Origin: Chiloscyllium plagiosum
Lineage: Eukaryota
DNA: 64,000 bases
Assembly: GCF_004010195.1 (NCBI RefSeq)
Contig: NC_057744.1
Coordinates: forward strand, 8,980,416 to 9,044,415
Direction of reading: 5' to 3'
Both the position numbers and the translations under genes were made by a program. Below the pieces are notes generated by a model, which was given only the letters and a program-made list of their open reading frames with translations, was not told where the DNA came from and did not search any database. Positions 12,065 to 25,189 of the stretch are shown here, piece after piece. Numbering within the stretch: position 1 is the stretch's first letter; each line of letters opens with the position of its first letter.

Positions 12065-14270
12065 CTTTGAGAATGAATGTAATGGAGAGCCAGTGAACGT
12101 GATTTATTTGGATATCCAGAAAGCCTGTGACAAGGTGCCACACAGGAGACTACTAAATAAGGTAAAAGCCCTTGGTTTTAGGGACAAGGCAGGGATAGAG
12201 GACTAGCTGACTGGCAGAAGACAGGGAGTGGTGATAAAGGGGTCTTGATCAAGATGGGAGCTAGTGACTAGTGGAGATCCTCAGGGGTCAGTCTTGGGAT
12301 TACAACTAATCACATGATACATTAACAATTTGAATGAAGGAACTAAGGGCACTGTTGCTACATTTCCTGAAAAAGGGTTATACCTGAAACTGTTGTCTAC
12401 TTCACCTCCTGATGCTGCCTGGCTTGTTGTGTTCTATTGGTTTCCTGCTTGTCTACATTGGATTCCGGCATTTGCAGTTTTTTTCTGTCTCTACCATTTG
12501 TAGATGACACAAAGATAGGTGATGGGGAGGAGAGTGGTGAGGAAGCGGGGAGACTGGAAAAAGACTTGCACAGGCAAAAACGTGAGAGATGGAATATAAT
12601 GTGGGTGTGAGGTTAAGCACTTTGGTAGGAAGAATAGAGGTAGAGACTATTTTCTAAATGGGGAAAGGCTTCAGAAACCTGAAGCTCAAAGCAACTTGGG
12701 AGTCCTAGCTCAGGATTCCTTTAAGATTAATGTGCAGGTTCAGTTGGCAGTCAGGAAGGCAAATGCAATGTTAGTATTCATTTCAAGATGGCTAGAATAC
12801 AAGAGCAGGAATGTATAGCTGAGACTGTATAAGGCTGTTGTCAGACAGCATTTGGAAATTTGGGAGCAGTTTTTTAGTACATTGGTTCGGTTCGGCCGCA
12901 TTTAGGATACTGTGTACATTCTGGTCGCCACATTACCAAAAGGATGTGGACGCTTTGGAGAGGGTGCAGAGAGGGTTTATGAGGATGTTGCCTGGTATGG
13001 AAGGTGCTAGCTATGAAGAGAAGTATGTGCAGGTTCAGTTGGCAGTCAGGAAGGCAAATGCAATGTTAGTATTCATTTCAAGATGGCTAGAATACAAGAG
13101 CAGGAATGTATAGCTGAGACTGTATAAGGCTGTTGTCAGACAGCATTTGGAAATTTGGGAGCAGTTTTTTAGTACATTGGTTCGGTTCGGCCGCATTTAG
13201 GATACTGTGTACATTCTGGTCGCCACATTACCAAAAGGATGTGGACGCTTTGGAGAGGGTGCAGAGAGGGTTTTATGAGGATTTGCCTGGTATGGAAGGT
13301 GCTAGCTATGAAGAGAAGTAAGGTAGGTTAGGTTTATTTTCATTATAAAAAAGGAGATTGAGGGTGGACCTGATTGAGGTTTACAAGATCATGAAGGGTA
13401 TAGACAGGGTGGATAGAGACAAGCTTTTTCCCAGGGTGAAGGATTCAAAACGAGAGGTCATGCTTTCAAGATGAGAGGTGGAAAGTTTAAGGGGGATACA
13501 CGCGGCAAGTACTTTACATAGAGGGTGGTGGGTGTCTGGAATGCGGTGCCAGCAGAAGTGGTAGAGGCAGGCACAGTAGATTCATTTAAGATGCGTCTGA
13601 ACAGATGCATGAGTAGGTAGGGAGCAGAGACATACAAATCCTTAGGAATTGAACGACAGGTTTAGACAGTACATTTGGATTGGCTCAGGCTTGGAGAGCC
13701 AAAGGGCCTGTTCCTGGGCTGTAAATTTTCTTTGTTCTTTGTTCTTTGTTTTGGGCCTTATATCTATGGAAAGGTCAGCTAGTGTTGGAGGCAGTCCACA
13801 GGAGGTTTACAAGAATGATCTTAGAGATGAAGGGATTGTCATATGGGGAGCAGTTCAGCAGTCTAGATGGAGCTTAGAAGGATGACGGTGCCATCTGATT
13901 GAAACTTGCAGATTACTGAGAAGCTTGGATAGAATGGGTATGAAGAAGATGTCTCCAGTAATAGGAGGGACTGGGACCTGAGGACACAGCCTCAGAGGGA
14001 AGGAACGGCCGTTTAGAACTGAGATTAAGGAGAATTTCTTCAGCTAGAGGTTGGTGAATCAGTGGATCACATTGCCACACAGGGCTGTGGAGGTCAAGTC
14101 ATTGAGTCTATTGAAGACAGAGATAGATCAGTTCATGATTATTAAGGGGATCAAGAGTTATGGAGGGAAGGCAGCAGAATGGAATTGAGAAACATATCAG
14201 ACACAATCAAATGGCAGAGCAGACCTGATAGGCTGAATGGCCTAATTCTGCTCCTATAACTTATAGTCTT
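12065..14270 (+). mobile_element. Old CR1 LINE (RT + 3' end) with a nested younger CR1 (about 12875-13750) and a pLTR fragment (about 12365-12495)
   Basis: RT motifs are present (DIQKACDKVPH, SGDPQGSVLG, FVDDTKIG). Host sequence GAGCAGTTTT|TGGGCCTTATATCT is split by a second CR1 3' end that ends in GTTCTTT repeats. Confidence 0.8.
12730..13319. repeat. Near-perfect 295-bp tandem duplication
   Basis: 12730-13024 is repeated at 13025-13319. The identical ORF translations at 12838 and 13133 confirm the 295-bp period. Confidence 0.92.
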
Positions 14271-14473
14271 GTGTTGTAATATCTCAGTGTATTTCTTCAC
14301 ATGACGTGTTACTTTTGAACTGGAGGAAACTTTGGTGTGTGGGTGATCTTTATCCAAGAAATGACATGCAATATCGAACCTCTCCAATGGTCAATTAAGA
14401 TAGATATGCCTCTGCTACCTGAATAACAGAGCAAATTCACTGTTTTGTACATGCATGAACATTACAAAAGTGG

Positions 14474-14757
14474 GAGCTCTGTACATGCTTGAGTTCTGTT
14501 TACATGAACATTGTACACACAAGGTCTGTGCATGCATGAATTCTGCATGCTTGAAATCCGTACATACCTGAGATCGCTTTATTCCTGAGTTTCCTATTTG
14601 CCCGAGATCTGTATATATGAGCTCTGTATGTGTCTGAGATCTGTACATGCATAAGCTGCATACTTGTGTGAGCTTTGTATGCACATGAGGTTTGTATATG
14701 GGTGAGATCTGTACGCGACTCAATTCTGTATGTATCTCAACTCTGTATGTGTATATT
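14474..14757. repeat. Degenerate ~17-bp minisatellite (consensus about GAGATCTGTACATGCAT)
   Basis: Successive units include gagctctgtacatgctt, gagatctgtacatgcat, gagctttgtatgcacat and gagatctgtacgcgact. Confidence 0.75.
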
Positions 14758-15894
14758 TAAACAGACAGACAGCTCTCATCTTCCAGCTGTTCAACTTCAA
14801 ATCTTTGGAGAGAATGGGCAGGTGCACTTTCTCAAAAGAGTTTAAAATAATCCTGTTTTAAGTTTATAAAGAGCCCAGTGAATCCAAAGACCCAAGAAGA
14901 TCTTTGATCTGTGACTTTGCCATGCACTGGAGATAAAGATCTTGTTATGTCAACCCAAAAGAAAGTATGTGTTGCATTAATAATGTCATTCACAACCTCA
15001 GCAAGCCTCAAAGCACTTTACAGACAATGAGACTCAATTGAAGAGTAATCTCTGTTGTAAAGTAGCAGCCAGTTTATGTACAATAAACCCCTACTAATAA
15101 CAACACAATAATGGTCAGATAATCTGTTGTAGAAACTGAGAATGCAGCAGGTGTTACTGTCTATCTCTGAAGGGAGAACTCACCTTGATAGACAACAGTG
15201 CAATGTTTAATTGAAGCTTTAGGTCAAGATTATTCCTAACAATTTTGTAATTCTAATTTGGGGATTTCAGGGTTGTATTGGAAGGTGCTGGAGGAGGTTA
15301 AGGTGAAGGAGTCTGTTTTCCACTTGACTTTTCAGAATCATGCAATAGCACAACACAGAGGAGGCTTCTTCTGTTCTAAGGAAAACCATCCAACTTTTGT
15401 CAGTGTCTTTACATAATCTGTAGTCTTTCCTTTCTGGAACCATGCTTTAGCTGGATCTAAACAAATGGTTCATATGGTTTTAGCAATTTCACAAGTGCAA
15501 TAAAACCTAATGACCACAAATCCATTAAAAGGGGCACTGTATTTATCAAAAGGTTCTTGCAAAGCAATGCAAAGAGAAGAAGCAAGTTATGCTGAAATGC
15601 TACTTTGCATTGGTTGTTTTCAATGAAAAAAAATTGTACAGATGAACTATTCTGCATTCCTTGCTGAAAGACTAACTGAATTTTTAAGATCTGTCATTAC
15701 CAATATCTATAAATTATTGTCAATGTTACTCGGTGGGAAGTAATGTAGTGATGTGAGGAAAATTGTAATAAGTACACTTTTAAATTCCAACATCTTTTCA
15801 AGAATGATGCAACTTCAAAGATGTCTATAATGATGGACTGGCAGAAACCAGTGATTGACTTACATTAGGAAATGTCCCATTATCAATTTTAATT

Positions 15895-16253
15895 TGGAGA
15901 GGCGATGGCCTACTGGTATTATCACAAACCTAACAATGCAGAGAACCAGGTAATGTTCTGAGAACATAGCTTTGTATTCTGCCATGACAGATGGTGGAAT
16001 TTGAATCCAATTTTAAAATGTCGAACTAAGCGTCTAATGATGACTGGAAAACTGCTGTGGATTTTCTCAATAAACCCATCTACCTCACTAATGTCCTGTT
16101 AGGGAAGGAAACTGTTGTCTGTACCCAATCTGGCCTACATGTGACTCCAGACCCACTGAAACGTGGTTGACTCTTAACGGCTCTCTGGGTAATTAGGGAT
16201 GAGCAATAAACATTGGCCTAGCCAGCGACACCAACATCTCAATAATGAATAAA
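15895..16253 (+). mobile_element. tRNA-derived SINE, second family
   Basis: GAGGCGATGGCCTACTGGTATT head, CTGGCCTACATGTGACTCCAGACCC body and GAATAAA tail. Further copies lie at 47500-47820 and 53180-53530. Confidence 0.75.
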
Positions 16254-16322
16254 CATTCTTGCAGAGACAAGTATGGCTTTAATGGCTTTGAGCTTCAACT
16301 GCTCCACAATTCTGAAATGGAA

Positions 16323-16339
16323 CTGCTGCCCCCTCCTGG
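16323..16339 (-). promoter_or_regulatory. Candidate CTCF-binding motif
   Basis: The minus strand reads CCAGGAGGGGGCAGCAG, one mismatch to CCASYAGRKGGCRS, in non-repeat sequence downstream of the cluster. Motif match only. Confidence 0.35.
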
Positions 16340-17454
16340 GGAGTGTGAAACTGACTGTATTCGAGGCAAAAGTGTATTTTCAGCAATCAGCGTAGACAGA
16401 ACAGGTATGGAGCACATTGGGGCTTAGTGCTTCCCTGAGTACTACATGGCTGACCCTATCAAACACAAATACAGATCCCATCCCCTTAAAATAATGGGAA
16501 TAAGTAGAAGGCAGCAGGAGTGAAACTTTAGGGAATATTTCATTTGTTTGTTATACTGAGAAAAAACCTGCAAATCCCGGAACTGAAACTCCAGTATTCA
16601 GGGATATAGGTTTGCATTAATAGCTCTGTTTATAATTCTCCAGCCATGCTGTGATTCGTCTTGATCATGTTTTTCTCTTCTACATTATAATAATGAGAGT
16701 TTTTGTTTAATCATTATTCTCAGCCTATAATCCTAGCAGTTTATCTGGCTCGTGGAGGTGGTGTTTGGCAGTCTCCTGATGGCCTGTTCCAATTGATATC
16801 ATATTCCACACTCCTGTTTATCAACAGACCATACAGGTTATTTGTGCCCTCAAAAGGAAAGAGCCTGCATTTATATAGCACCTTGCATAACCTCCGCACA
16901 TCTGAAAGCACTTTATAGCCAATCACTTACATTAGAAGTGCAGTGCACTATTAAAGGAAACATAGCAAACAATTTATGCACAGCAAATTCCCACATAATG
17001 TCCAAACGTTTTAGTGATATTAAAGGATATCTATCAGACAGGGTATCAAGTGTGACTCTTTATTCTTCTTAGAAATGGGATGTTTTATATTCACTAGGGA
17101 GGACAGACAGGGCTTTGGTTTAACATCTAATCTGAAGGATGACTTTTCTCTCACTGCACCCAGAGCTGTATAATATCCTCACAGAGGTAAAAACCTCAAG
17201 CTAACTTGAGGAAAAATAATCAGACAAAATCTTCTCTGCCTCTTTCGGCAATGAGAAACTAGCCCAGGAGATCCTATAGTGATCATGCACGGAAACCTCC
17301 ACTGATCTGCCATCCCCATGTGTTAGCAGTGGCTTTCCAGTGATTGGATTCAAAGTGGTAAGCCAACTCAACATACACACCACTGATCAAACCTGATCTA
17401 CAATTGCCTTTGTCCAATTGTCTCCTTTTCTGAGGAAGGATGCTCTTGCTCTCA

Positions 17455-17935
17455 AGGCAGTGAAGCAAAGGTTTATCAGGCTAATTCTGGGAATGGCAGG
17501 ACTGACATATGAGGAGAGATTGACTAGGTTAGGATTGTTTTCGCTGGAGTTCAGACGAGCGAGGGGGGGATCTCATAGAGACTTATAAAATTCTAACAGG
17601 ACTAGATAGAGTAGATGCAGGGAGGATGTTCCAAAGGGTCACAGTCTGAGGATCCAGGGTAGACCACTTAGGACAAAGATGAGGAGACAGTTCTTCACCC
17701 AAAGTATGGTGAGCCTGTGGAATTCATTACCACAGGAAGTAGTTGATGCCAAAACATTGAATGTATTCAAGAGGCAACTAGATATAGCACTTGGGGCGAA
17801 TGGGACCAAGGGTTTTGGGGAGAAAGCAGAATAAGGCTATTGAGTTGGACGATTGGCCATGATCATGATTAATGGCAGAGCGGGCTTGAAGGGCTGAATG
17901 GCCTCCAGCAGCTCTTATTTTCTATGTTTTTATGT
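17455..17935 (+). mobile_element. CR1 LINE 3' fragment
   Basis: Typical GATCTCATAGAGACTTATAAAATT, TTCTTCACCCAAAG..GGTGAGCCTGTGGAATTC and CTATGTTT tail. Confidence 0.8.
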
Positions 17936-19775
17936 GCTCTTTAGCGTGGTGTTAGGATGCTAAACTTCAGGGGATCCCAAAAGTGTGCTCCCATCCCAAC
18001 TTAATTGGGCAACCCAGCAAACATGGAGCTAGACTAAAAGGAAATACGTTGGAATACTGGTATGTACAACCTGCAATTGTCCATTCCTTTAGAAGGAGAC
18101 GATGCAGTTTGACACCCTGATTACCTCCAGATGCTGAATTTAATGATTGTCTTCTTCCTCAGTGTTCTCTTGAAGGCACATCTGAACCACAATGCTGTCA
18201 CCTCCACCGCTGCTACAGCAAGGAGAACACGTCCTCAATCCATTGCAGTCAGAACAGGGATCAGATCAGACCTTGTGCGTATAGGTGTCCATCTCATCCA
18301 CACAGCTGACCAGCTAACTAAACCAACCAGCACCCCAAAGAGATACAATCGCTGCATCAAAAGATACCTGTTAACACAGCTACGGATAGCTATGGCAGAC
18401 ATTCCAATTTCTTTCCTCTACTAGGCTGATCAGGAACGACTACCAGCATCTCTGGCAGCCTTCAGTATGTTTTGACAAGACTTACAGGTTACTACAGGTC
18501 ACATTATGAATGTAGATTCCACGACCATCAAGCCCTGGAGTGGGACTCGAACCCCAAACTTCAAAGGCAGAGACATGACTCACTGCACCACAAGACCTCC
18601 TCCGAATCAGAGGTACCATGAAATAGAGAGACAAAGAGAGACAAAGAGAAAGGTAAAAGATTGTGCTATAACATTTGTTATTCTGAATTACACATTTATT
18701 CTAATGATGTGATGTCACTTACAGGTTTTGTAAAATAACTTGATTGGCCCAATGGCCAATGACTGGCTTAACAAACGTTCAGTGGTCAACCACAAAAATC
18801 ACTGGAAGCAGTTCCTTCATTGGGAAATAAATGACAAACGAAATTATTTTGATCTCGTGTAGTAGATGCAAGACAAATGATTTTATTTATGTTGGGAATA
18901 TTTTGATGGGGTTAGAATAATATTTATTTATTCATGGGATGTGGATGTCACTGGCTTGGCCAGCATTTATTCTCCACAGGACGGTTAAGAGTCAACCACA
19001 TTGCTTATGGAGTAAGATGTAGGCCAGACAGGGTAAAAAGGGCAGATTTCCTCAACCAGGTGGATTTTTAGAACAATTGACAATAGTTACATGGTCACCA
19101 CTGGGCTAGCTTTTTATTCTAGAGCGTTTACTAATTGCAAATTTCACTAACTGCTAAGGTGAGATTCGAACCCTTGTACCCAGAACATCAGTCCAGGATT
19201 CTAGGTTTACTAGTCCAGTGACATTACCAATACAACACCGCCTCCCCTTTCGGAATGTTGGGAAGGTGTACAAATTTCATGAACCTTGCATTGGGTTGAA
19301 AAGCCTACTTTATGAAAAATTCTTTGCAAATACCATGTGCAGTATCAATTATAGGATGTGAAATGGAAAGAGAAAAGGTTGGAAATGGTCAGCACATCTG
19401 GCAGCATCTGTGGAGAGAGAACCAGAGTTAACCAGGCTTGCTGGTCATGATCTGAGTGGGTAAATTTTTGTTAAGCAGAGATATTAAGGGATAAGGGTCA
19501 AAGGCAAGTATACAGAGTTAGGCCACTACTCAGCCATGATCTCATTGAATGACAGAACAAGCCTGAGGGGCTGAATGGCCTTCTCCAGTTCCCGTATTCC
19601 CTTTGTGACCTATCATCAGAACTTTCTTGATTAACTCTCTTTCTCTCTGCCTCACTGGTGCCACAGATGTTACCTGGCCTACTGAGCATTTCCGTCATTC
19701 TCTGCCTGTATTTCAGAACATTTGCTTTTCAATAAAGAATGGGGGTTGATCCTTCTCACTTTGATTACTTTGAAG

Positions 19776-19781
19776 TTTAAT
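19776..19781 (-). terminator. Polyadenylation signal (ATTAAA), apolipoprotein-like gene 1
   Basis: ATTAAA lies about 55 nt after the stop codon, within a 3'UTR motif shared by all three paralogs. Confidence 0.7.
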
Positions 19782-19835
19782 TTGTGTTCGTTATCCCGAA
19801 TTTTCTTCATTAGTGTCAGAATCCATCAAATAACT

Positions 19836-20301
19836 TTATGGCAATTCTGGTGTTTCTGCACTTGGTTTTGCAGCTTTGGACAATTCGACAAGTCTCTTGA
19901 TTTCATGAGCTGCAGGCGCCACAGATTTCCTCAAGGTTTCAACTCCCTCTGTGAATTTTCCATGGAACAACTGAACAAAAGATCCAAACAACTGATGAAT
20001 ATGCTCCATGTTCTGTGTGAGTTCTTGATAAACCCCATCTCCTGAAATCTGCTTGAGAGGAACAGTTGTAAAGTTCAAATTGAACTGGTTGATGTTTTCC
20101 TTCAAATTCTCCAGATGCTGGGTGATGCCTTCAGGTAAATCCGGGGTCCTTTCAAGCAGGGAGCTCAACCTTTCTCTTATCATACTTGTCTGGTCATGAA
20201 GATTTGTGCTAAAAGTTTGCATTTGCTGTTGGATTTCTTTCGACAGCAGGGTCATGTTCTGGGCAAACTCTTTCAAAATGGGACTTGGATCATGGATATT
20301 C
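19836..20301 (-). CDS. Apolipoprotein A-I/A-IV-like gene 1, last coding exon (exon 4)
   Basis: Acceptor ttattttctccctccgcag|G is phase 2, and the frame is open for 466 nt to TAA. The translation is amphipathic-helical and includes an ApoA-IV-like segment, ELTQNMEHIHQLFGSFVQLFHGKFTEGVETLRKSVAPAAHEIK. It joins in frame to exon 3. Confidence 0.85.
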
Positions 20302-20439
20302 CTGCGGAGGGAGAAAATAATGCATAACTCTACCTTTCTAGTTTGTAAGTGTCAGTGCTTCTGTGGTACAAAGGTAACACAAGAATCAATGAAATACACT
20401 GGGATAATTAAAATAAACCGAAAATGCTGGATAATGCAA

Positions 20440-22466
20440 GTGAGCAAAGGCTGGTAGGTATACGGAATGCTGGATGACTAAAGAAATTGAGGGCTTGGTT
20501 AAGAAAAAGAAGGAAGCATATGTAAGGTATAGATCGAGTGAATCCTTAGAAGAGGATAAAGGCAGTAGGAGTATACTTAAGAGGGAAATCAGGAGGGCAA
20601 AAAGAGGACATGAGATAGCTTTGGCAAATAGAATTAAGGAGAATCCAAAGGGTTTTTACAAATACATTAAGGAAAAAGGTAACTAGGGGGAGAATAGGGC
20701 CTCTCAAAGATCAGCATGGCGGCCTTAGTGTGGAGCTGCAGAAAATGGGGGAGATACTAAACGAGTTTTTTGCATCAGTATTTACTGTGGAAAAGGATAT
20801 GGAAGATATAGAAAGTTGCGAAATAGATGGTGACACCTTGCAAAATGTCCATATTACAGAGGAAGAAGTGCTGAATGTTTTGAAACGCATAAAGGTGAAT
20901 AAATTCCTAGGACCTGATCAGGTGTACCCTCGAACTCTGTGGGAAACTAGAGAAGTGATTGCTGGGCCACTTGCTGAGATATTTGTAACATCGATAGTCA
21001 CAGGTGAGGTGCCGGAAGACTGGAGGTTGGCTAACATGGTGCCACTGTTTAAGAAGGGTGATAAGGACAAGCCAGGGAACTATAGACCAGTGAGCCTAAC
21101 GACAGTGGTGGGCAAGTTGTTGGAGGGAATCCTGAGGGACAGGATGTACATGTGTTTGGAAAGGCAAGTACTGATTAGGGACAGTCAACGTGGCTTGGTG
21201 CATGGGAAATTATGTCTCACAAACTTGATTGAGTTTTTTGAAGAAGTAACAAAGAAGATTGATGAGGGCAGAGCAGTAGATATGATCTATATGGATTTCA
21301 GTAAGGCGTTCGACAGGGTTCACCATGGGAGACTGGTTAGCAAGGAATAGATCTCACTGAATACAGGGAGAACTAGCCATTTGGATACAGAACTGGCTCA
21401 AAGATAGAATACGAGGGTGGTGGTGGAGGGTTGCTTTTCAAACTGGAGGTTTGTGACCAGTGGAGTGCCACAAGGATCAGTGTTAGGTCCTCTACTTTTT
21501 GTCATTTACATAAATGATTTGGATGCAAGCATAAGAGGTACAGTTAGTAAATTTGCAGATGACACCAAAATTGGAGGTGTAGTGGACAGTGAAGACGATT
21601 CCCTCAGATTACAACAGGATCTTGATCAGATGGGCCAATGGGCCGAGAAGTGGCAGATGGAGTTTAATTTGGATAAATGCGAGGTTCTGCATTTTGGGAG
21701 AGCAAATCTTAGCAAATCTTAGCTTATACACTTAATGGTAAGGTCCTAGAGAGTGTTGCTGAACAAAGAGACCTTGGAGTGCAGGTTCATAGCTCCTTGA
21801 AAGTGGAGTCGCAGATAGAATAGTGAAGAAGACGTTTGGTATACTTTCTTTTATTGGTCAGAGTACTGAGTACAGGAGTTAAGAGGTCATGTTGCGGCTG
21901 TACACGACATTGGTTAGGCCACTGTTGGAATATTGCGTGCAATTCTGGTCTCCTTCCTATCGGAAAGATGTTGTGAAACTTGAAAGGGCTAGAAAAGATT
22001 TACAACGATGTTGCCAGGGTTGAAGGTTTTGAGCTATAGGGAGAGGCTGAAAAAGCTGAGGCCTTTTTCCCTGGAACGTCGGAGGCTGAGGGGTGACCTT
22101 ATAGAGGTTTATAAAATTATGAGGGTAAATAGGCAAAGTCATATCCCTGTGGTGGAGGAGTCCAGAACTAGAGGGCATAGGCTTAGGGTGAGGGGGGTAA
22201 GATATAAAAGGGACCTAAGGGACAACCTTTTCACACAGAGGGTGGTACGTGTATGGAATGAGCTACCAGAGGAAGTGGTAGAGGCTGGTACAATTGCAAC
22301 ATTTAACAGGCATTTGGATGGGTATATGAATAGGAAGGGTTTGGAGGGATATGGGCCAGGTGCTGGCAGGTGGGACTAAATTGGGTTAGGATATCTGGTC
22401 GGCATGGACCGGTTGGACTGAAGGGACTGTTTCCATTCTGTACATCTCTACAACTCTATGAGTCTA
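20440..22466 (+). mobile_element. CR1/HER1-like LINE, 5'-truncated (RT domain to 3' tail), in gene 1 intron 3, antisense to the gene
   Basis: Motifs KPGNYRPVSLT, YMDFSKAFD, SGVPQGSVLGP, FADDTKIGG and FTQRVVRVWNELP, with a few stops and frameshifts. CTCTATGA tail. Confidence 0.95.
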
Positions 22467-22811
22467 TCTGGCAGTATTGATGGGCTGTGAAGAGAAAAAC
22501 TGTGTTAACATTTTGAGTCCACATGATTCTACTTCAGAATTTCAACCCAAAGATGTGTAGTTTGACGATTGGCCATGGCAAATTATCTGTCGTGCCCAGG
22601 GAGGTGCACACTAGATGGATTAGCCATAGGAAATGCAGGGTTACCAGGGATAGGTTGGGGCTTTCAGTCTAGGTGGGATGACGTTCAGAGCATTGGTGTG
22701 TGCTCAATATGCTGAATGGCCTCTTTCCATACTGCAGTGACTCTGCGAACCATTGTCAGATTATTTTACTTTCCTGCTAGAGTCTTGAAAAGCTATACCA
22801 CAGATTCAAAA

Positions 22812-23201
22812 CATTATTAGCAGCACTCACTACAGCAACAACTTATTGATGTCTTTAACTTCGTAAATCCACTGAAGGCTCTACACAGCATAATGATCAG
22901 ATAAGAAATGACAGCAGGGGTTAAAGAAAGGAAAATTAGGACAGTTGATTAAAAGCTCAAAGAGGGAGGTTTTAAGAAATGGAGGCGTAGAGGTTTGTAG
23001 AATACATTCTAGACCTTGGGGCTTAGATCACCATAGGTACCCACGTCAACACTGAGGATAGAAAATGGACGCTGCATATGAGGCTAGATTTAAAAGAACA
23101 CGGAGTTTGCAGTTGGTAGAGTTAGAGGAGTTTACAAAGTTCATGTGGTATGGGGAGACTGTGGAGGTAAAGAGCATGGAGGGCTGGAACTTTAAAAGTG
23201 A
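22812..23201. repeat. ~400-bp segment (old L2-like 3' end) duplicated at 25594-26015
   Basis: Long shared strings such as TGATCAGATAAGAAATGACAGCAGGGGTTAAAGAAAGGAAA and CACTGAGGATAGAAAATGGA. Confidence 0.85.
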
Positions 23202-24359
23202 GACATGCTGAGTTTCTCCAGCACACTGAAGTTTTTATATCAGATTTCCAGCATCCATAGTAGTTTGATTTGATTTATGTATTAGTTTAATGATCTTTTT
23301 GCATCTTGGCTACCCAGTTAGGAAGAATGAAGTGAAAAAGAATTAAGAATTAAGTTCCTGTTTTGCTGAAAAATGATGCATTTTGTCAAATCTTTTTGAC
23401 TTGCTGTCATTAGGATACCCACAAGAAATATAGATAGAAAGGGAAACAACAACTTATCATGCAAGACGGGTGGTTGACAAGTGAATTATGTTTGGTAGGG
23501 GCATTGCCATGGAGATGATGATGATGATGCAATCTCCATGGAAGTATCTGTACTTATCACAGTCCACTTTGTCAACAATGAACGCTTTCTTCTCTTACAG
23601 TTTAAACTTTGCTACCTTTTTACATTGGTATTCTTAAATTGGCCTGGCGAACACAACATGAAAGCCTTAGAAAAATATGATTGCTCCTCACAGGCCGTGA
23701 TCCTCTTATCTTATTGAATGGTGGAGCAGGCTTGAAGGGCAAAGTGGTCTACTCTTAGTTCTTGTTTGTATGTTTGTACAGCAACAAAATTGATTCCTGG
23801 TATTAAACGTTTACTTGATTAAATAAAAAAGCAATTGATGGCACTTGTGTTGATTTTGAGCTAATTAAATTGAAGTTTGTCAGCTTAACAAGAGGGGTAT
23901 AATTACATTAATCCATATAAGCCTAGACTTCCTGAACTTCCTGGGATTACGAGTCAGAATTAATTGCAGCCTTGAAAGCTCCAAAACACCAATAGCTGCT
24001 GTAGACCAAATATGAGCACCTGACTGGTCCCTTTAAATTCTCATTTCTTTAAATAGTGAGGTCTAATTCCTGTCCTGAAAAATCCCAGGAGAAGGTTAGG
24101 TGCTGTTAACTTGTAACGCTGGCAGTCCAAGCTGCTGGTCACGAGAACAAGACTACTGAGCCTGGGAAGCAAAGCAAAAGAGCAAGGTCAGGATGAAGGC
24201 CCCACTGAGAGGTTGGAATGGAAAGTGAGAAGCTGCAAAGCAGGAAGAGAGTCTGCAAATGGAGTAATGGGGCACAACTAATGCAAAGAGGAAAAAGTAA
24301 ACTTTAGACCTATCAATAAAGGAACATCTAACTGGAAAGAGGCAAATTAGTAATAGCTC

Positions 24360-24670
24360 CTGATGGCTCAGTGGTTAGCATTGCTACCTTACAGTACCAG
24401 GGACCTGGGTTCAATCCCAGCTTTGGGTGACCATCTGCATGGAGATCGCATGTTCTCCCACATCTGCATATGTTTCCATTGTGTGCTCAAGTTTCCTCCC
24501 ACAGTCCAAAATATGCAGGTTAGATGGATTGGCCATGCTAAATTGTCTCATAATGGTAAATGTAGGGTTATGAGAATAGGATGAGGGCTGAGTATGCGTG
24601 GGATGCTCTTTGGAGGGTTGGTGTCGACTCAGTGGGCTAAATGGCCTCTTTCCACACTTTAGGGACTCAA
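24360..24670 (+). mobile_element. HE1-like SINE
   Basis: ATGGCTCAGTGGTTAGCATTGCTACC...GGGTTCAATCCC head and GATTGGCCATGCTAAATTG body. Confidence 0.8.
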
Positions 24671-25009
24671 TGAATTCCTTGCAAAACAGTGTAAAGTCTT
24701 GAGATTAATACTGTAGGAATTCAGGAGAAGGGAAAATGTAGTAAATGTGACTGTTTATGATAGCATCAATTGAATAATTTAACAGTAAAGAGTTTTATTT
24801 CATAGAAGCATGCCAATTTTATATAAAAAAACTTTGTGCTGACTTATGACTGTAGTCTTGTTCAATTAAAGTACTGTGGTATCCACGAAATTAATGTTTT
24901 CCTGTGTCTGTTTGCTTTACATTTAATGGAGCAAATGCTGGACAAGAGCTAGTTTACTTTCTTTGCAGAGAGGTAACACCAATAGAAGAAAAGAAAATTA
25001 AGTCCTTAC

Positions 25010-25103
25010 ATTGATATATTGACAAAGTTAATATCAGTGAAAGGGCTTTCACCACGAGTTGATCCAGCATCTGATGCAACGGGAAAGGCACGAGCCACCA
25101 TTC
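25010..25103 (-). CDS. Apolipoprotein-like gene 1, exon 3 (94 nt)
   Basis: Acceptor ctttttctgttttcttgagcag|GA and donor AT|gtaagg give phases 1 and 2. Translates as (G)MVARAFPVASDAGSTRGESPFTDINFVNIS(M), completing the signal peptide. Confidence 0.85.
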
Positions 25104-25189
25104 CTGCTCAAGAAAACAGAAAAAGAAACATGCACATTTATCTTTGAAATCATGTGAATAATAATTTCACCCATCCTCATTAACATCAA

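Noticed and set aside
14415-14723. 102-aa ORF or CRISPR-like repeat array
   Set aside because: The units are contiguous and degenerate with no unique spacers, in a vertebrate context, so this is a minisatellite.
18131-18424. 97-aa ORF with a hydrophobic N-terminus (MLNLMIVFFLSVLLKA)
   Set aside because: It has no splice context or family similarity, is on the opposite strand to the cluster, and its downstream part looks like decayed repeat.
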